A stretch of DNA of 63,112 nt, filler included, from Octopus bimaculoides (GCF_001194135.2; 4 parts of 4 records of this genome joined end to end with filler, not necessarily neighbours in it), one strand, 5' to 3'; shown: positions 1-13,298, counted from the first letter of the whole stretch. Program-made: numbers and translations. The notes: generated from the letters alone by a model not told the origin.

Positions 1-192
1 GTGTCTCTGTATGTGTGTGTATATATATGTGTGTGTGTATATATATATATACGTCTTATGTTAATACGTACTCGTTTATTTTATTTTACTTGTTTGTATC
101 TTCCTTTACACTTGCACCCTTGTATGTGTATGTGTAAGTGTATGCATGTGTATGTATGTGTATGTGTATGTGTGTATGTATGTATATATGCA
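1..192. repeat. compound (TG)/(TA)/(TATG) microsatellite
   Basis: Direct reading of the sequence. Confidence 0.9.
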
Positions 193-753
193 TGACTGTA
201 TACCCTAATGTGTTAAGTGTATATGTTTTTTCTATCAAATTTATAATATTTTTCTCGTTCATATATTAGTTTTCATTCTATGCATTTTTTCTGCTAGTGT
301 ACATGTTGCGTTATATTCTACTATACACACGTGACCTTGTTTACATTATACTTCGTCTTGACCTGAATAGAAACCTAATAAAAAATTTTTTTTTGTTTAC
401 TTAATTTATCATAGGGAGAATTCTGTAAAAATATGAGAATAAACTTATGGCTGTAAACACTATAACAGAATTTTGATGGTTGTTGGTTGCACTTACTTGA
501 TTGTATCATGTGTTAAAGTGTTTTTGCTGTTTTTTAATTGTAATTGATGTATGATTGAATAGTTAACACTCACACTCATAATACATAAACATTCGAATTA
601 ATTTTTACAAACCAGCCGTCCTTTCACACGGAATTTTGTCTTTTTCTAAAGCCAAGACCCTGAAGTGACTGTATATATAATAGAACTGTGATTATGTATA
701 TCAGAAAATAATATATATAAGTCAGAACAATTTGTTTGCTTTTTATGGTTTTT

Positions 754-1578
754 GGCACTTGTGCCTGCAACATGTGTAAGGACTTTCGAGAGAGATCGTT
801 GCCAGTGCCCCTGGACTGGCTCTTGTGCGGGTGGCACATAAAATACACTATTTTGAGCATAGCTGTTGCCAGTACCACCTGACTGGCCTTCCTGTCAGTG
901 GCACGTAAAAGCACCCACTACACTCTCTGAATGGTTGGCGTTAGGAAGGGCATCCAGCTGTAGAAACTCTGCCAATTGGAAATATGCTGTGCATGAGAAG
1001 ACCTGGCAAGCCAAGTGAGACCTAAATCTAAGACCTCAGCCAGTCCACTTATACGTACCTTCCTTCATTGGACACTAAACTCCACTTGCGAAGACCTGCT
1101 GAGGCAAGTGAAATCGAAATTGAGTTAAATTTGATGACTGGCACCCATGCCAACGTCGTCTCCTTCATTGGATACGAAACTCAGCTTGCGAAGACTTATT
1201 GGGGCAAGCGAAAGCGAAATTGTGATGGCACCTGTGCCCAGCGTCGCCTTTCTGGCACTTGTGCCCGCGGCATGTGTAAGGACCTTTGAGCGAGATCATT
1301 GCCAGTGCCCCTGGACTGGCTCTTGTGCAAGTGGCACATAAAATACACCATTTCGAGCGTGGCCGTTGCCAGTACCTCCTGACTGGCCTTCATGCCGGTG
1401 GCACGTAAAAGCACCCACTACACTCTCTGAGTGGTTGGCGTTAGGAAGGGCATCCAGCTGTAGAAACTCTGCCAAATCAGATTGGAGCTTGATGTAGCCA
1501 TCTGGTTTCACCAGTCCTCAGTCAAATCGTCCAACCCATGCTAGCATGGAAAGCGGATGTTAAACGACGATGATGATG
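754..1578 (+). mobile_element. SINE family A (RTE-type tail ending in (GAT)n), composite of a partial and a fuller copy
   Basis: GGCGTTAGGAAGGGCATCCAGCTGTAGAAACTCTGCC...CCATGCTAGCATGGAAAGCGGA...(GAT)n recurs at 5750, 18396, 60801 and 61149. Confidence 0.8.
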
Positions 1579-1684
1579 AATATTATGTTATGTTATATTA
1601 TATTCATAGTAATTAATGCAATATTGTAATATAAATAAATTATTAGACTGTCAATAGTATATCTCTATATTTATCTTTATAAAA

Positions 1685-3780
1685 TCTATATATATAAAAT
1701 TGTTTGTCTGTCTGTTCCCAATGCATTCTCAAACGGCTCCACCAAATCAAATCTAATTTTACAAGGTAATCGTATCACACCCCACGAGTGTCAGCGTGTA
1801 ATTTGTTTTCATTTCCATTAAAACACTATAACATTTTATAGAGATATTTCTATAGACAGGACATTCATTTATACATGAAAATATAACTCTTTTTACCTTG
1901 CATGCTTGCCGATTGTTTCTATACACACCTACCTGTCATGGTTAGGAAATAATTATATGTCATGGTGCAAATAAATGATTTATAACTTCAGCCACTGTCT
2001 TTCTTTCCTGGAGTCAACATTATCATCTTCACTTTCAACATCAACACTGTTACAATTGGTAACTCTAATGTCTAACACTGTTATATTTGGTGACCATGAC
2101 TCAAAAGAATCATTGCCTTCTGATGATACATTAGTCGCTACAGTTCTTATTAAATTTTTATTACTTACTCTATCAGTGAATCTTAGCGCATTTTGTCTTG
2201 TTTCTTTATGTCAGGCCCTGAAGGAAGAGTTAATCTATTGGCCGAAAAACTGCAAAAGTATCGAGATCGAGAGCAAGGAGGGCAAATGAATCATCACTGG
2301 AAACTTCTATTAGGCAATCGCAAAATGCTGAATGTACAGCCACTACAACAGCACTCAAAGAAGATAACCAAGAAGCCACTCGCCTGGAAAGAAATGCTAT
2401 AACAATCGCTGCTGTATGAGCTGCAGAGACCAAAGAACAGTGTAAACTTTGCTGGACTGATGATGCTGCATCAACTGCTGTTGCATGAGCTACAGAGACT
2501 GAAGACCAATATAAACTTTGCTGGACCACAGTGCTGTGTCAATTGCTGCTGCATGAGCTGCAGAGACTGAAGAACAGTGTAAACTTCACTGTACTGCTGA
2601 GGCTGCACGGACTGCAGAGACTGAAGACCAGCATAAACTTTACCCCAATGCTGATGCTGCATAAGCTGTGCAGACCAAACACCATTGTCAACTTCACCGA
2701 ACCGCTGTATCAACTTCTGCTACAAGAACTGCAGAGATTGAAGAACAGCGCATACTTCACCAGACTGCTGATGCTGCGTCAACTGCTGCTGCATGAGCTG
2801 CAGAGAACGAAGACCAGAGTAGTAAACACCTGGCCAGGAATGCTGCGAACATGGCTGCATGTGCAAGCTTCCCAGACCTCACAAGATAAAATTACTCGGC
2901 TGCAGACTTCCGTTCAACAAAGAGCTAATAGACAGAATTGCTACACTGGGTGGAAATAAATTGCCCACATATGGCCTGCTGCAAATACTCAGGTCAGGGT
3001 CAAATAGCCTTCCCACTGCTGTCCTTCGTGAAACATCCAATGACACTGATGCGCTTTCAAAGTACATTGCTGAAAACAAGCCAAAATTACTTTCAGACCA
3101 GCTGCAGGCCTACTGAACTATTGCTAACAGCGTACACCACTGCAATGGAGGCATCTTCTTCTTGGATGCTTCTGGAGAGACAGGAAAAACATTCGTTATG
3201 AAGTTCCTCCTTGCAGAAGTTAGGCAGCACCAGGATATTGTGGGAGCTGTGGCTTCCTCTGGAATTGCTGCTACTTTGTTGCCCGGTGGCAGGACAGTGC
3301 ACTCGACTTTTAAGCTTCCTCTGAATTTAGCAGCATCCAAGACACCTTCATGCAACATCAGCAAAAGTTCAGACCAGGGGCAAGTTCTTAGAAGGTGTCA
3401 TCTCATCGTCTGGGATGAGTGCACCATGGCTCACAAGAGAGCTCTGGAAGCATTAGATAGAGCCCTGAAAGACATCAGAGACTGTCAGGCTCCAATGGGA
3501 GGTGTAATGCTTCTATTGTCGGGTGATTTCAGGCAGACTCTTCTTGTCATTCCTAAAGGCAATAGAGCAAATGAGGTCCAAGTGTGCCTAACATCCTCTC
3601 CCCTGTGGCATCATGTTACAATCCTGACCTTTACCACTAACATGAGAGCTCGACTACACAGTGACCAAATGTCTGCAAATTTTTCGCAGGACATTTTCAA
3701 ACTTGGTGATGGCAAGGTGTCTCTCGATGCTGCAGAAGAAATGGAAGTATGGCCATTTTCTACTATTGTTAATTCTGCAG
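1685..3780 (+). mobile_element. Helitron relic: 5' TC terminus, repetitive RepHel N-terminus and PIF1-type helicase fragment
   Basis: A|TCTATATATATAAAA start. ORF 3162-3809 has Walker A-like GETGKTF, ASSGIAATLLPGGRTVHS, IVWDECTM and GDFRQ (PIF1 motifs). Interrupted by a LINE at ~3781. Confidence 0.85.
2395..2830 (+). repeat. degenerate 54-69 bp tandem repeats within the Helitron coding region
   Basis: CTGCAGAGA-type anchor at 2421, 2490, 2558, 2612, 2666, 2729, 2798; reads AA(R)AAETEEQ-like. Confidence 0.8.
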
Positions 3781-4860
3781 GTGCTGTGGTTGTATGGAGT
3801 AGATGGTAGATTGTTGAGAGCTGTTCAAAGTTTTTATAGAGAAAGTAAGGCATGCATTTGGAGTGGGTGGTGAAGTGAGTGGTTTGATGTGAAGGTGGGG
3901 TTAAGACAGGGTTGTGTGATGTCTCCATGGCTGTTTAATTTATATATGGATGGTATGGTGAGAGCGGTAAATGCTAGAACCTTTGCTAGGGGAGCCCAAA
4001 TTGTTAGAGAAAATGGAGAGAAATGGCAGGTGAGTCAGTTATTGTTTGTTGATGATACAGCACTAGTGGCGGATTCGGAAGAGCAACTAAGGAGACTGGT
4101 GGTAGAATTTGGAAGAGTGTGTGAGAGGAGGAAACTTAAAGTGAATGTAGCTAAGGTGATGAGATGTTCAAGAGATGGAATTGCTGGTAGGTTGGATGTG
4201 AGTATAGATGGTGAGATTGTAGAGGAGGTGAGTATTTTTAAGTATCTGGGATCACATGTGATGGTGGATGGGGGGGGGGTTTAGCTGAGGAAGTNNNNNN
4301 NNNNTGGATGGGGGGGGGGTTTAGCTGAGGAAGTGAGATATAGAGTGAGGGAGGGGAGTAAGATACTTGGAGTTGTGAAAGCTATGTTGAGAGATAAAAA
4401 ATTGAGTATGGAAGCGAAAAGAGATGTGTATGAGGGCATGATTGTGCTGACTATGTTATATGGTGCAGAGAAAGGCAACTAGATGTGTTTGAGATGAGAT
4501 GTCTGAGGGCTATGGTTAGTGTGACACAGATGACAGGATAAGGAATGAGGAGGTGCGAAGACAAGCAAGAATGAGAGAAAAACTAACAACCGAAATGGAT
4601 AGACGAATGGAGATGATGGATGAGGAGCAAATGGTAAGGAGGGTGATAAGGACAGAAGTGGTAGGCAGTAGAACCAGAGGTAGACCTCGGTTTGTGTGGA
4701 TGGATGAAGTGAGGAAAGCTTTGGTGGTTAGAGGAGTTGGAATGGGAGAGGCAAGAGAATTTATAAATGATAGGAAAGCTTGGAGAGTGTTTGTGAACAG
4801 ATGAGTGAATTTAATGTTGTTCAAAGGGATACAGAACCAGCAAAAAGTGGCAGGGGTAAA
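3781..4860 (+). mobile_element. RTE-clade LINE, 5'-truncated reverse transcriptase and C-terminus
   Basis: GLRQGCVMSPWLFNLYMD, LLFVDDTALVA, FKYLGS, C-terminal RGRPRFVWMDEV. Confidence 0.85.
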
Positions 4861-5119
4861 CCAGCATATGCTGCCAAGCTCCGCTGCTGATATTAGGGAT
4901 TACAATCTATACCTTGACCCAAATATTGAACGGGGTTTGCCTCTTTAAGCTGGGAAATGAATGGAATGCTTGATGTGTGTCTTGTGGCTACCTGCTCCGA
5001 AAAAAAATGGGGAATAAGCTTGGGTATATATATAAAAAAAATTACTAAAAGTTTGGCCATATTGAGTTTTTATAGGATATGTGAACAAGAGAGAGAAAAA
5101 AAGAGGTTTTTTTTTTACA

Positions 5120-5245
5120 GTGATAAACACTTAGTCCTCATCAGTGATTGTTACTGCTGAGGGCTAAATATACTCACATCACCATGTATGTATTGACCAT
5201 TTGAATGCAGTAGCGATTCACTGGTGCGGACTAAGTGTTTATCAC
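5120..5245. other. long imperfect inverted repeat (38-bp stem, 49-nt loop)
   Basis: 5120-5157 pairs with 5207-5245: one mismatch, one bulge and three G-U pairs on the plus strand. Confidence 0.85.
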
Positions 5246-5749
5246 AGAGTTTGAAATCACATGATATGAGTATGTCTGCAAACTCATTTGTGATTTTTAC
5301 TTGCTATTGGTAAGCTGGCTTTTTGTATACTGGTTTCCTCAAATTCAACAGCGTGTATAAGTGACAACTGTGGTCTTTAAGCCATTTGGACTCTTATTTC
5401 TAGCAATGCTGTGCACTATCTTGAACCCTGATTATAAGTATATATACATATATATATTTATATATACATACGTACATATACCTTTTAAATTTGTTTATGG
5501 GAAGCATTTTAAATATGCAAATAAAGCTCCTCTTCTATTATGCCAACCACAGTCTGATTGGTGAACCAGTTTTTTGGAGTTGCATCGAGCTGTATCAATA
5601 TAAAATAGGATAAATATAATACTAATAACAATAATCCTTGGGTGGAATTTACAAACATTTAATGCATTGTTACATGTGTAGTGATACATTAAATGTTTAT
5701 AAATTCCACCCAAGGATTATTATTATTATTATTATTATTATTATTGCCG

Positions 5750-6015
5750 TCGAACTGGCTCCTGTGCAAGTGGCACGTAAAATACACCATTTTGAGCGTG
5801 GCCATTGCCAGTACCGCCTGACTGGCCTTTGTGCCAGTGGCACGTAAAAGCACCCACTACACTCTCGGAGTGGTTGGCATTAGGAAGGGCATCCAGCTGT
5901 AGAAACTCTGCCAAATCAGATTGGAGCCTGGTGTAGCCATCTGGTTTCACCAGTCCTCAGTCAAATCGTCCAACCCATGCTAGCATGGAAAGCGGACATT
6001 AAACGACAATGATGA
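5750..6015 (+). mobile_element. SINE family A copy following an (ATT)n tract
   Basis: Same diagnostic body and (GAT) tail as 1300-1578. Confidence 0.8.
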
Positions 6016-6559
6016 TACACACATAAATACATACAAAATGGAGAAATTGTACAAAATATATAAATGGATGATGAGTAAAGAACTGGCACAGTTTCGATTA
6101 CCTGTTGTTATCCGTAGATTTCCTGCAGAGACTTCATAGTGGCACCTGGGATAACAGTATTAATAAAATAGGAGATGGAATGTGTAATAGACTTTATTAG
6201 GTATGACACATCTCAACCCATTTTGGGTTTCTTCAGGTGCATGAATAAAAAGTTTCACTAGAGATTTCTTGAGTCAGCTTATGTACCACTATATGTCCAT
6301 CAAATTCTCGAATTTATACACACATATGCACATATATATATTATTTTATATTCTTTAATTTGTTCCAGCCAAGCAGTTGTGGTCATGCTGGAGCACCACT
6401 GTGAGTTTGTACCTTTTCTCACAGCTTTTTCATTTGGCTGATTTCTTCAGTGTGGTGAGATTTCATATTACCATTCCTGCATCTGCTTTTACCCTGATGT
6501 ACCTCATGCCAGAATTTTGGTTCGTTTGGTAGTGTGAATAGGAGAATGTCCAGTTCCTT

Positions 6560-7430
6560 TCTGAAGATATTCATATCCATTGAGTTGGTTTCTTGATTTT
6601 GGTGGGCAGAACACTGAAGAGCTGTCAGTCTTTGAACCCTAAGCTATTGCAGTACTTGGTCCTGACATTAGATGGGATGGACTGTACCTTAGGTACAATG
6701 CAATGGCATCCAGTTTGCTCATTTGTATAACACTCAATGCTGAAATTAGGTACTAACCCTTCCAGAATTTTCCATATGTAGATTATTACATATCTCTTGC
6801 ATCTACACTTCAGAGAATAAAGTTATAGTTTTTTCAGTCTCTCTCAGTAGCTCATCTGCTGCACTGTTACAATCTTTTTAATGTAGTAACACTGGACTGC
6901 TTCAAGATCCACTGTTAGTTTGGCACTATGTGGTGACCATAGATGAGAGCAGTAGTCCAGGAGACTGAGAACAAAGGTCTTCCATAGTATCAACATGACT
7001 TCTTGGTCTCTTGTCTCAAAGACCTTAGTATCCATTCCTACCAGATGTATGCACTTTGTTGCCATCTTGGTAATGTGCATATGAAATGATGCATCATTAC
7101 ACATCTTGATCCCCAAGTCTCACACTGTGACTTTGGGATTGCAGTGCCTCCAGGTCCTGTGTATGCAGGTTGTGGTGCATTTGTGAGCTGATAGTGCAGT
7201 GCTTGAAATTTTCCAGTATTAAACTGCATTTTCTTTTTTTCAGCCTACTTGTATATTGCATTTAGGTCCTGCTGTAAGCATGCAGCATCATCTGGGTTCT
7301 TTATTGCTTGTAATAAGTGTGTATCATCAGTGTAGCTAGTGACAGTGGCTATCTGAGTAACCATGGACATGTCTAAGACAGCTACTATAAACAGTAATGA
7401 CCCCAAGACAGTTCCCTGGGGATGTCACTA
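6560..7430 (-). mobile_element. CR1/L2-like LINE reverse transcriptase fragment (pseudogenised)
   Basis: VPQGTVLG, YTDDT, MQFNTGKFQAL, LWKTFVLSLLDYCSHLWSP; stops and frameshifts. Confidence 0.8.
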
Positions 7431-7600
7431 AGAATATTTACCAAGAGGACACGACATTTAACTTTAATTGTTAGACAGTACATTTTTGTTATTCCTCAAG
7501 GGATGAAACATGTCCATAACCTATGTTTGGAAAGTGGATAGATGGAGAGAGTGTGAAAATAATTGGTTGTTGAAGAGTGAGGCTAATAAAAGTCTCTTAC

Positions 7601-7743
7601 CTCAGTTGTTAATTTATGAAAGGCATTTATGGTAGCTTCTTTATCAAGTGGTTGGTTTTTTGATTCTCCAAAGATGTGAGGGAAATACTCAGGCAGGATT
7701 CGGCCGAGACACAAATTAGCATCAGTAACAGTCAAAGGACCAT
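7601..7743 (-). CDS. OPLAH: 5-oxoprolinase internal coding exon (NGPLTVTDANLCLGRILPEYFPHIFGESKNQPLDKEATINAFHKLTTE)
   Basis: GPLTVTDANL.LGR motif. Acceptor CTCCCAG, donor GTAAGA, 143 nt, phase 1 to phase 0; in frame with the preceding exon (A+AT=Asn). Confidence 0.95.
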
Positions 7744-8730
7744 CTGGGAGGTAAGGAAATAAACACATCAGTTATATTTACAGGATAATTTTTACATCTG
7801 CTTTCTCATACAGTTATGGATTGGATAAAATTTATTGAGGCAGTATTGTATGGCTAGATGCCCTTTCTGTTGCCAATGTTTATCTGTTTTCTCAGGTAAG
7901 TTATATTTTTATTCCACTAGTTTTCAAACCAATAAACTACATGGCATTTATAGAGAATGTAACTATAATACTACTGTTGCACAAATGATAATATCTATAT
8001 ATGCTGGACTTCCACACAGTTTCCATCTATCAATATTAGTCATTTTGAGGCTACAATAGGCATCCAAGGTGCCAAAGTTGAGACTATGAGGTATGAAACA
8101 GATTGTGATACCACTCAGCTATGTCTGCACTTGTAGTTTTCAAAAATTCACAAGACTTGGTAAATTTAAGACAACTGGGATGTTATTTAATCAGTTAAGA
8201 TTGTAGATCTATACTGAAAATAAGTAGTAGTTTTCTTTTGTAAATTAACATAAAACAGATTATAATCCCATCTAAGAGACTTAATTCTTATTTAAAACTA
8301 CAAGAAACAAATTAAATTAGTAAGTGTGGTTTTCTTAATAAGATGCATTAAGAAAATCAAATTTTGTAGCTAAACTGACCATCATAAGTGTATGCACAGG
8401 TCACCATTAATTCAACCTGTTACATTGTAGGTAACAAATTCAAGTTAACAAGGCATCAGATGAAATGCCTTGTGGTATTTATGCCAGATTCTTATATTCT
8501 GAGTTAAAATTCAAGGACAACTTTACCTTTCATCCTTCTAGTATTGATAAATAAAATACTTGTCTAGGGCAGTGAACTGACAAATTCATTAGGGTATCAC
8601 ACACTGAAATCTGCACAGGAAGACATGAATTCCACAAGATGCAGTGAAGGGAGTTCATCTAGGAGGGCAGTAAATCCGAATGAAAAACTAGCATATATAA
8701 TTTACCAACACTTTAAACACAATAACTTAC

Positions 8731-8848
8731 TTTTTCTGTAGCACAATGGTCCAGGGTGTGCGCCAGCAGATTCTGGACCAACAACAAATAATCCAGATCT
8801 GAAATATAGGATGGATCCGCCTCCAGCTGCAACTGTATTGACATCCAA
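8731..8848 (-). CDS. OPLAH: 5-oxoprolinase internal coding exon ([39 protein letters not shown])
   Basis: Hallmark OPLAH motif TVAAGGGS...[15 protein letters not shown]. Acceptor TTCCAG, donor GTAAGT, 118 nt, phase 0 to phase 1. Confidence 0.96.
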
Positions 8849-9842
8849 CTGGAACAGAAATGAAAATATAATTTGCAATAGTACAGAAATATTAGGGACT
8901 AATTGAATGTAGGTAAAAAGAGAGATGAACGTGCCCCACTGGATGCGTAATGATAGTGTGTAGGAATGACAGAGTGTAGGTGAGTTTAGAGGAACCATAC
9001 TGGGCATCAGGTGTGGGAACCATACTGGAAATTAGGTACAGTGTGCTGGAAAGATGACTGAAGTAGTACAAACAAGTGATGTGTATGAAGAATGACAGTT
9101 TGGTGAAGAAGTATCAAGAGAAGGGAGTCTGCAAAAGAGAAAGACTGAAGACACTGTGTTTGTTTGCTTGTCTGTATGAGTGCAAGCGTTGATATTTGCA
9201 CTTCTCTGAAAATCATTCAGTTACAGGCAGTGACATTTCTATCATTCCTCCTGTCAACAGGTTGTCTGCTGGCTTTGTGCTTTCAAAGAGTATGATCTTC
9301 CTTTCTTGAAAAAACATGACAGAAAGAGCATTCAGCTGTAAAACAAAGCCTCAATAATATATTTGTCTAACTTACATTATTTTCTCCAAATGGAAAAAAT
9401 AAACGTAAAAACGAATAAAAAAAGAAGAGTACTACAGCCACTGAACTCTAAAAGTGTGGAGCACTTTACATACTTTCATTATTACTGCTTATGATCTGTG
9501 TACCTTTGGCCCTTTTGTTACCAATCCAGTTGAGATTACCTCTAGTTCTTTGAAACAGAACTACCTGTCTTAGAGTGTGCATATTTGAGGTACAGCCTTC
9601 CAAAAACTGGCTTAATGTAAGAATTAATACAGAACTTAAATATTTTACTGAACTTCTTCAAATTCCTGATTATTTTCAAGATTAACTGATACCTAGAACA
9701 GTGTATATCAGGGACATAACTTTCTCATAGTACAAAATATCCTGATACTGTGATGTATTGTAGATATTAAAACAGAGCACTATGTCATGGTGGGGTCTCA
9801 TATATCTAATATAGCAAGTTGGAAGCTTCAATTAATTGATAT

Positions 9843-10121
9843 TGTGGTGTTTGTGGTGTTATGAGCTGTGATGAGCTATATGGTGTTGGTGGAGAGGATT
9901 GCAGATGAGGCAAATGGAAGTGAAGACTGCAGGGGCCAGCGGAAGGGCGTGTGTGGACATGGAGCATGTGTGCGAGTTTGAGCAGAGACGGCGCGTGTTA
10001 AAGGTCGTGTTTTGATCTGGTCAGTGAACGCTCATCCCACCACGATCGACAGGTAAAGTCGCTGTATTTCTTTCTCCCTTTTGCTTCTTGTTCTGTTGTC
10101 TTTTTCCTCCATAACACTACA
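9843..10121 (+). repeat. 5' LTR (5'-truncated)
   Basis: Direct repeat of ~13344-13651, ends ...CACTACA. Confidence 0.85.
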
Positions 10122-10159
10122 AGCTATTTTGGCCCATAACAAAACAAAAAAAACGAATT

Positions 10160-13100
10160 ATGAGTGTAGTCCGTATTTCAAACGATATGGTCAAACCGTT
10201 TTGCGGTGACACGGATGTAGTCGCTTGGTTAAAGATGAAGTTGGTTGCAAAGCTCCACGGGACAGATGACTTAGCGAGTTTTCTACCACTGTACCTAGAT
10301 GGTTCAGCATTGGCACTATACTTAGAAATGGAAGGGACCAGCTTAGCGTGGAAAAAATAGAAATCCGCTTGATGGAGGCCTTTGCAGAAGGACTGTTCTA
10401 AGCATATGCTCACCTTGGGAAAGCAATGTGGACTGGCGAACAGGTCGACGCCTTTAGCGGCAACTGCAACAACGAAAAGTGGCCGAGCAAAGAGTAGCGG
10501 AAAGGGGTCGAACAAGGAACGTGTGCGACTGTTCAAAGGACAGTGTTTCCGGTGTCAGGGCCCGCACATGGTGTGAGACTGCAAGTCACCCAAGCCTGAG
10601 GTCATTTGCTACATACAGCCAGCGAATGTCTGCTGGGAAACGGTCTAAGGGATACTACTGCGCCAGTAGTTATCCCTTTGGATCGATAGAGGCGCGTTTG
10701 TTGCTACCTGTTGTTGACATTCTGGTGGAGGGAAAGATGTCGTGAGCCCTTGTGGACACGGGCTGTACGGGATGGATGCAATCACCCGTTTAGGAGGTGT
10801 CACTGTCAACGAGGCCAGTGTAACATTCGGGGTTGCGGGGAAACCGTGTATGGCGAGACCGTGCATTGGTGAGAACCATGAAGAAAACTATGCTGCACAC
10901 ACCATTGAAGACCAGGACTTTCGTGCTGTCTTCAATAGCCAGAGGTGGACAGTGGAGTGGCACTGGAAGGGAGAGTCCCCGACGTTAAAAAATAAAGTGG
11001 GCTGCTACCAGCATACTTTGAAAGGAGATGCCAGAAGCGAGCCCGAGGGGGAGGTGGAGCNNNNNNNNNNNNNNNNNNNNNNNNNNNNNNNNNNNNNNNN
11101 NNNNNNNNNNNNNNNNNNNNNNNNNNNNNNNNNNNNNNNNNNNNNNNNNNNNNNNNNNNNNNNNNNNNNNNNNNNNNNNNNNNNNNNNNNNNNNNNNNNN
11201 NNNNNNNNNNNNNNNNNNNNNNNNNNNNNNNNNNNNNNNNNNNNNNNNNNNNNNNNNNNNNNNNNNNNNNNNNNNNNNNNNNNNNNNNNNNNNNNNNNNN
11301 NNNNNNNNNNNNNNNNNNNNNNNNNNNNNNNNNNNNNNNNNNNNNNNNNNNNNNNNNNNNNNNNNNNNNNNNNNNNNNNNNNNNNNNNNNNNNNNNNNNN
11401 NNNNNNNNNNNNNNNNNNNNNNNNNNNNNNNNNNNNNNNNNNNNNNNNNNNNNNNNNNNNNNNNNNNNNNNNNNNNNNNNNNNNNNNNNNNNNNNNNNNN
11501 NNNNNNNNNNNNNNNNNNNNNNNNNNNNNNNNNNNNNNNNNNNNNNNNNNNNNNNNNNNNNNNNNNNNNNNNNNNNNNNNNNNNNNNNNNNNNNNNNNNN
11601 NNNNNNNNNNNNNNNNNNNNNNNNNNNNNNNNNNNNNNNNNNNNNNNNNNNNNNNNNNNNNNNNNNNNNNNACGGGAACTGTTCTCAGTGTGTGGGAATC
11701 TGGTGGGACACTATCCGATTGCAGGATGGCTCCAGACAGCATGTAGCTTCATCAAGAGACGAGCCGAAGGAGCGAAGTGGAATGATAGAGTGGGGGAGAA
11801 GACGACCGACATGATGCAGGAAGTCTTGGTCAGAGTGAGAGCAGAGGATCCAGTTAGGAGCAGTTGGTATGTTCCCAAATCAAAGAGCGGGATCGTATGG
11901 TGTGATGCCAGTAGCATCGCAACAGGGGCTGTCTTGGAAATGGGAGGCGTCGTGGTGGAAGATGCAGCCTGGCTCAGGAAGATGGATGACTGCAACCATA
12001 TCAATGTGGCAGAGTTGGATGCCGTGTTGAAGGGAGTGAACCTGGCCTTGAAGTGGGGGCTGCGCACCATAGAAATTAGGACTGATTCGGCTACTGTGCT
12101 TGGTTGGGTGACAGCAGTCATCACCAATGAGTGGAGGGTGCGAACCACAGGGGCCGCGGAGATGTTGGTAAAGCGTCGATTGGGGATACTGCGTGAACTA
12201 ACTGCAGAGTTCGATCTGAAGCTGAGTGTGATTATTGTGCCTTCCGAGAACAGGGCAGACATCCTAACCAGGTTAAAGCGAGCCTGGTTGCAGGTGCCAG
12301 AGGATGCGGAGCAGGCTGTGGCTGCAGTATGCTGTCTGAGTGACTTGGAGTTGAGGAGACTGCATGCCATGCATCACATGGGAGTGGACAGGACATTGTT
12401 CCTAGCCAGGAAAGTCGACTCTGAGGTAACAAGACGGAGCGTGCAGAGAGTGGTTAGCAGCTGTGACAGGTGCCAGTCTATCGACCCTGCTCCAGGCATA
12501 CATGAGGCGGGAAGTATTCCAGTGGACCACAACTGGAAACGACTGGCAGTGGACATAACACACTAGCGGCAGGGGACATACCTCTCAATAGTTGANNNNN
12601 NNNNNCACGAGAGTATTAAATGAGATATTCCTGGAATGAGGCCTCGTGGATGAGCTGCTTCTGGATAATGGCACTGCGTTTCGCTCAGAGGTGCTGAAAG
12701 AAATGTTTGGTGGGTAGCAGGTCAGCCGCTTCTTCAGGGCGGCATACTGGCCAAGTGGAAATGGAGTCGTGGAAAGGCATCATCATACCATCAAGACCAT
12801 GGCAGAGAGGGGCCACATTTCACCAATCGAGGCTGTATTTTGGTACAATATGTCGCCCAGGTCAGGACAAGCTGAGGAATCAGTGCCATGCAGGGGAATA
12901 TTCAGGTACAAGTGGAGGCATCTGTGTACTGCATCAATGCGACCCGGGGGAGAGGAAGAGCACGCCTTTGTGCAGGTCAGGGAAGAAGTTTGGGTAAAAC
13001 CCCCAAATGCACAGTGTACATCACAATGGGGAAAGGGAACAATAACCTCCATCAATTCGAAGAACAACGTCTCTGTCGATGGTATGCCATGCCATGTTTT

Positions 13101-13296
13101 GGATGTGCGGAAGATTGTCAATGCCTCAGAGGATGGAACCAGCAGCAGTGGGCAAGATGATGAAGACAGCAGCAGTAGGCAAGATGATGAAGCCAGCAGC
13201 AGCACGCCAGGAACTCAGGCCAGTCCCAGGGTCACACAGCGACCACAGAGGGAGCGGCACCCTCCTCCCTGGTTAGCTGATTATGAAACCAATTAA
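10160..13296 (+). pseudogene. Gypsy gag-pol remnants (gag, protease, RT, RNase H, integrase) with stops and frameshifts
   Basis: ORFs 10160-10360, 10382-10576, 10742-11060, 11672-12566 and 12769-13296 carry successive domain motifs. Confidence 0.85.
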
Positions 13297-13298
13297 GG

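Noticed and set aside
2531-2959. Leucine-rich-repeat-like ORF
   Set aside because: Shifted frame of Helitron tandem repeats; lacks true LRR consensus and gene context.
3162-3809. Host PIF1 helicase gene
   Set aside because: Intronless, frameshifted, downstream of a Helitron 5' terminus and cut by a LINE, so it is transposon-derived.
4265-4334. Direct repeat flanking a 10-N gap (likewise around 46029-46038)
   Set aside because: Contig-end overlap artefact rather than a target-site or tandem duplication.
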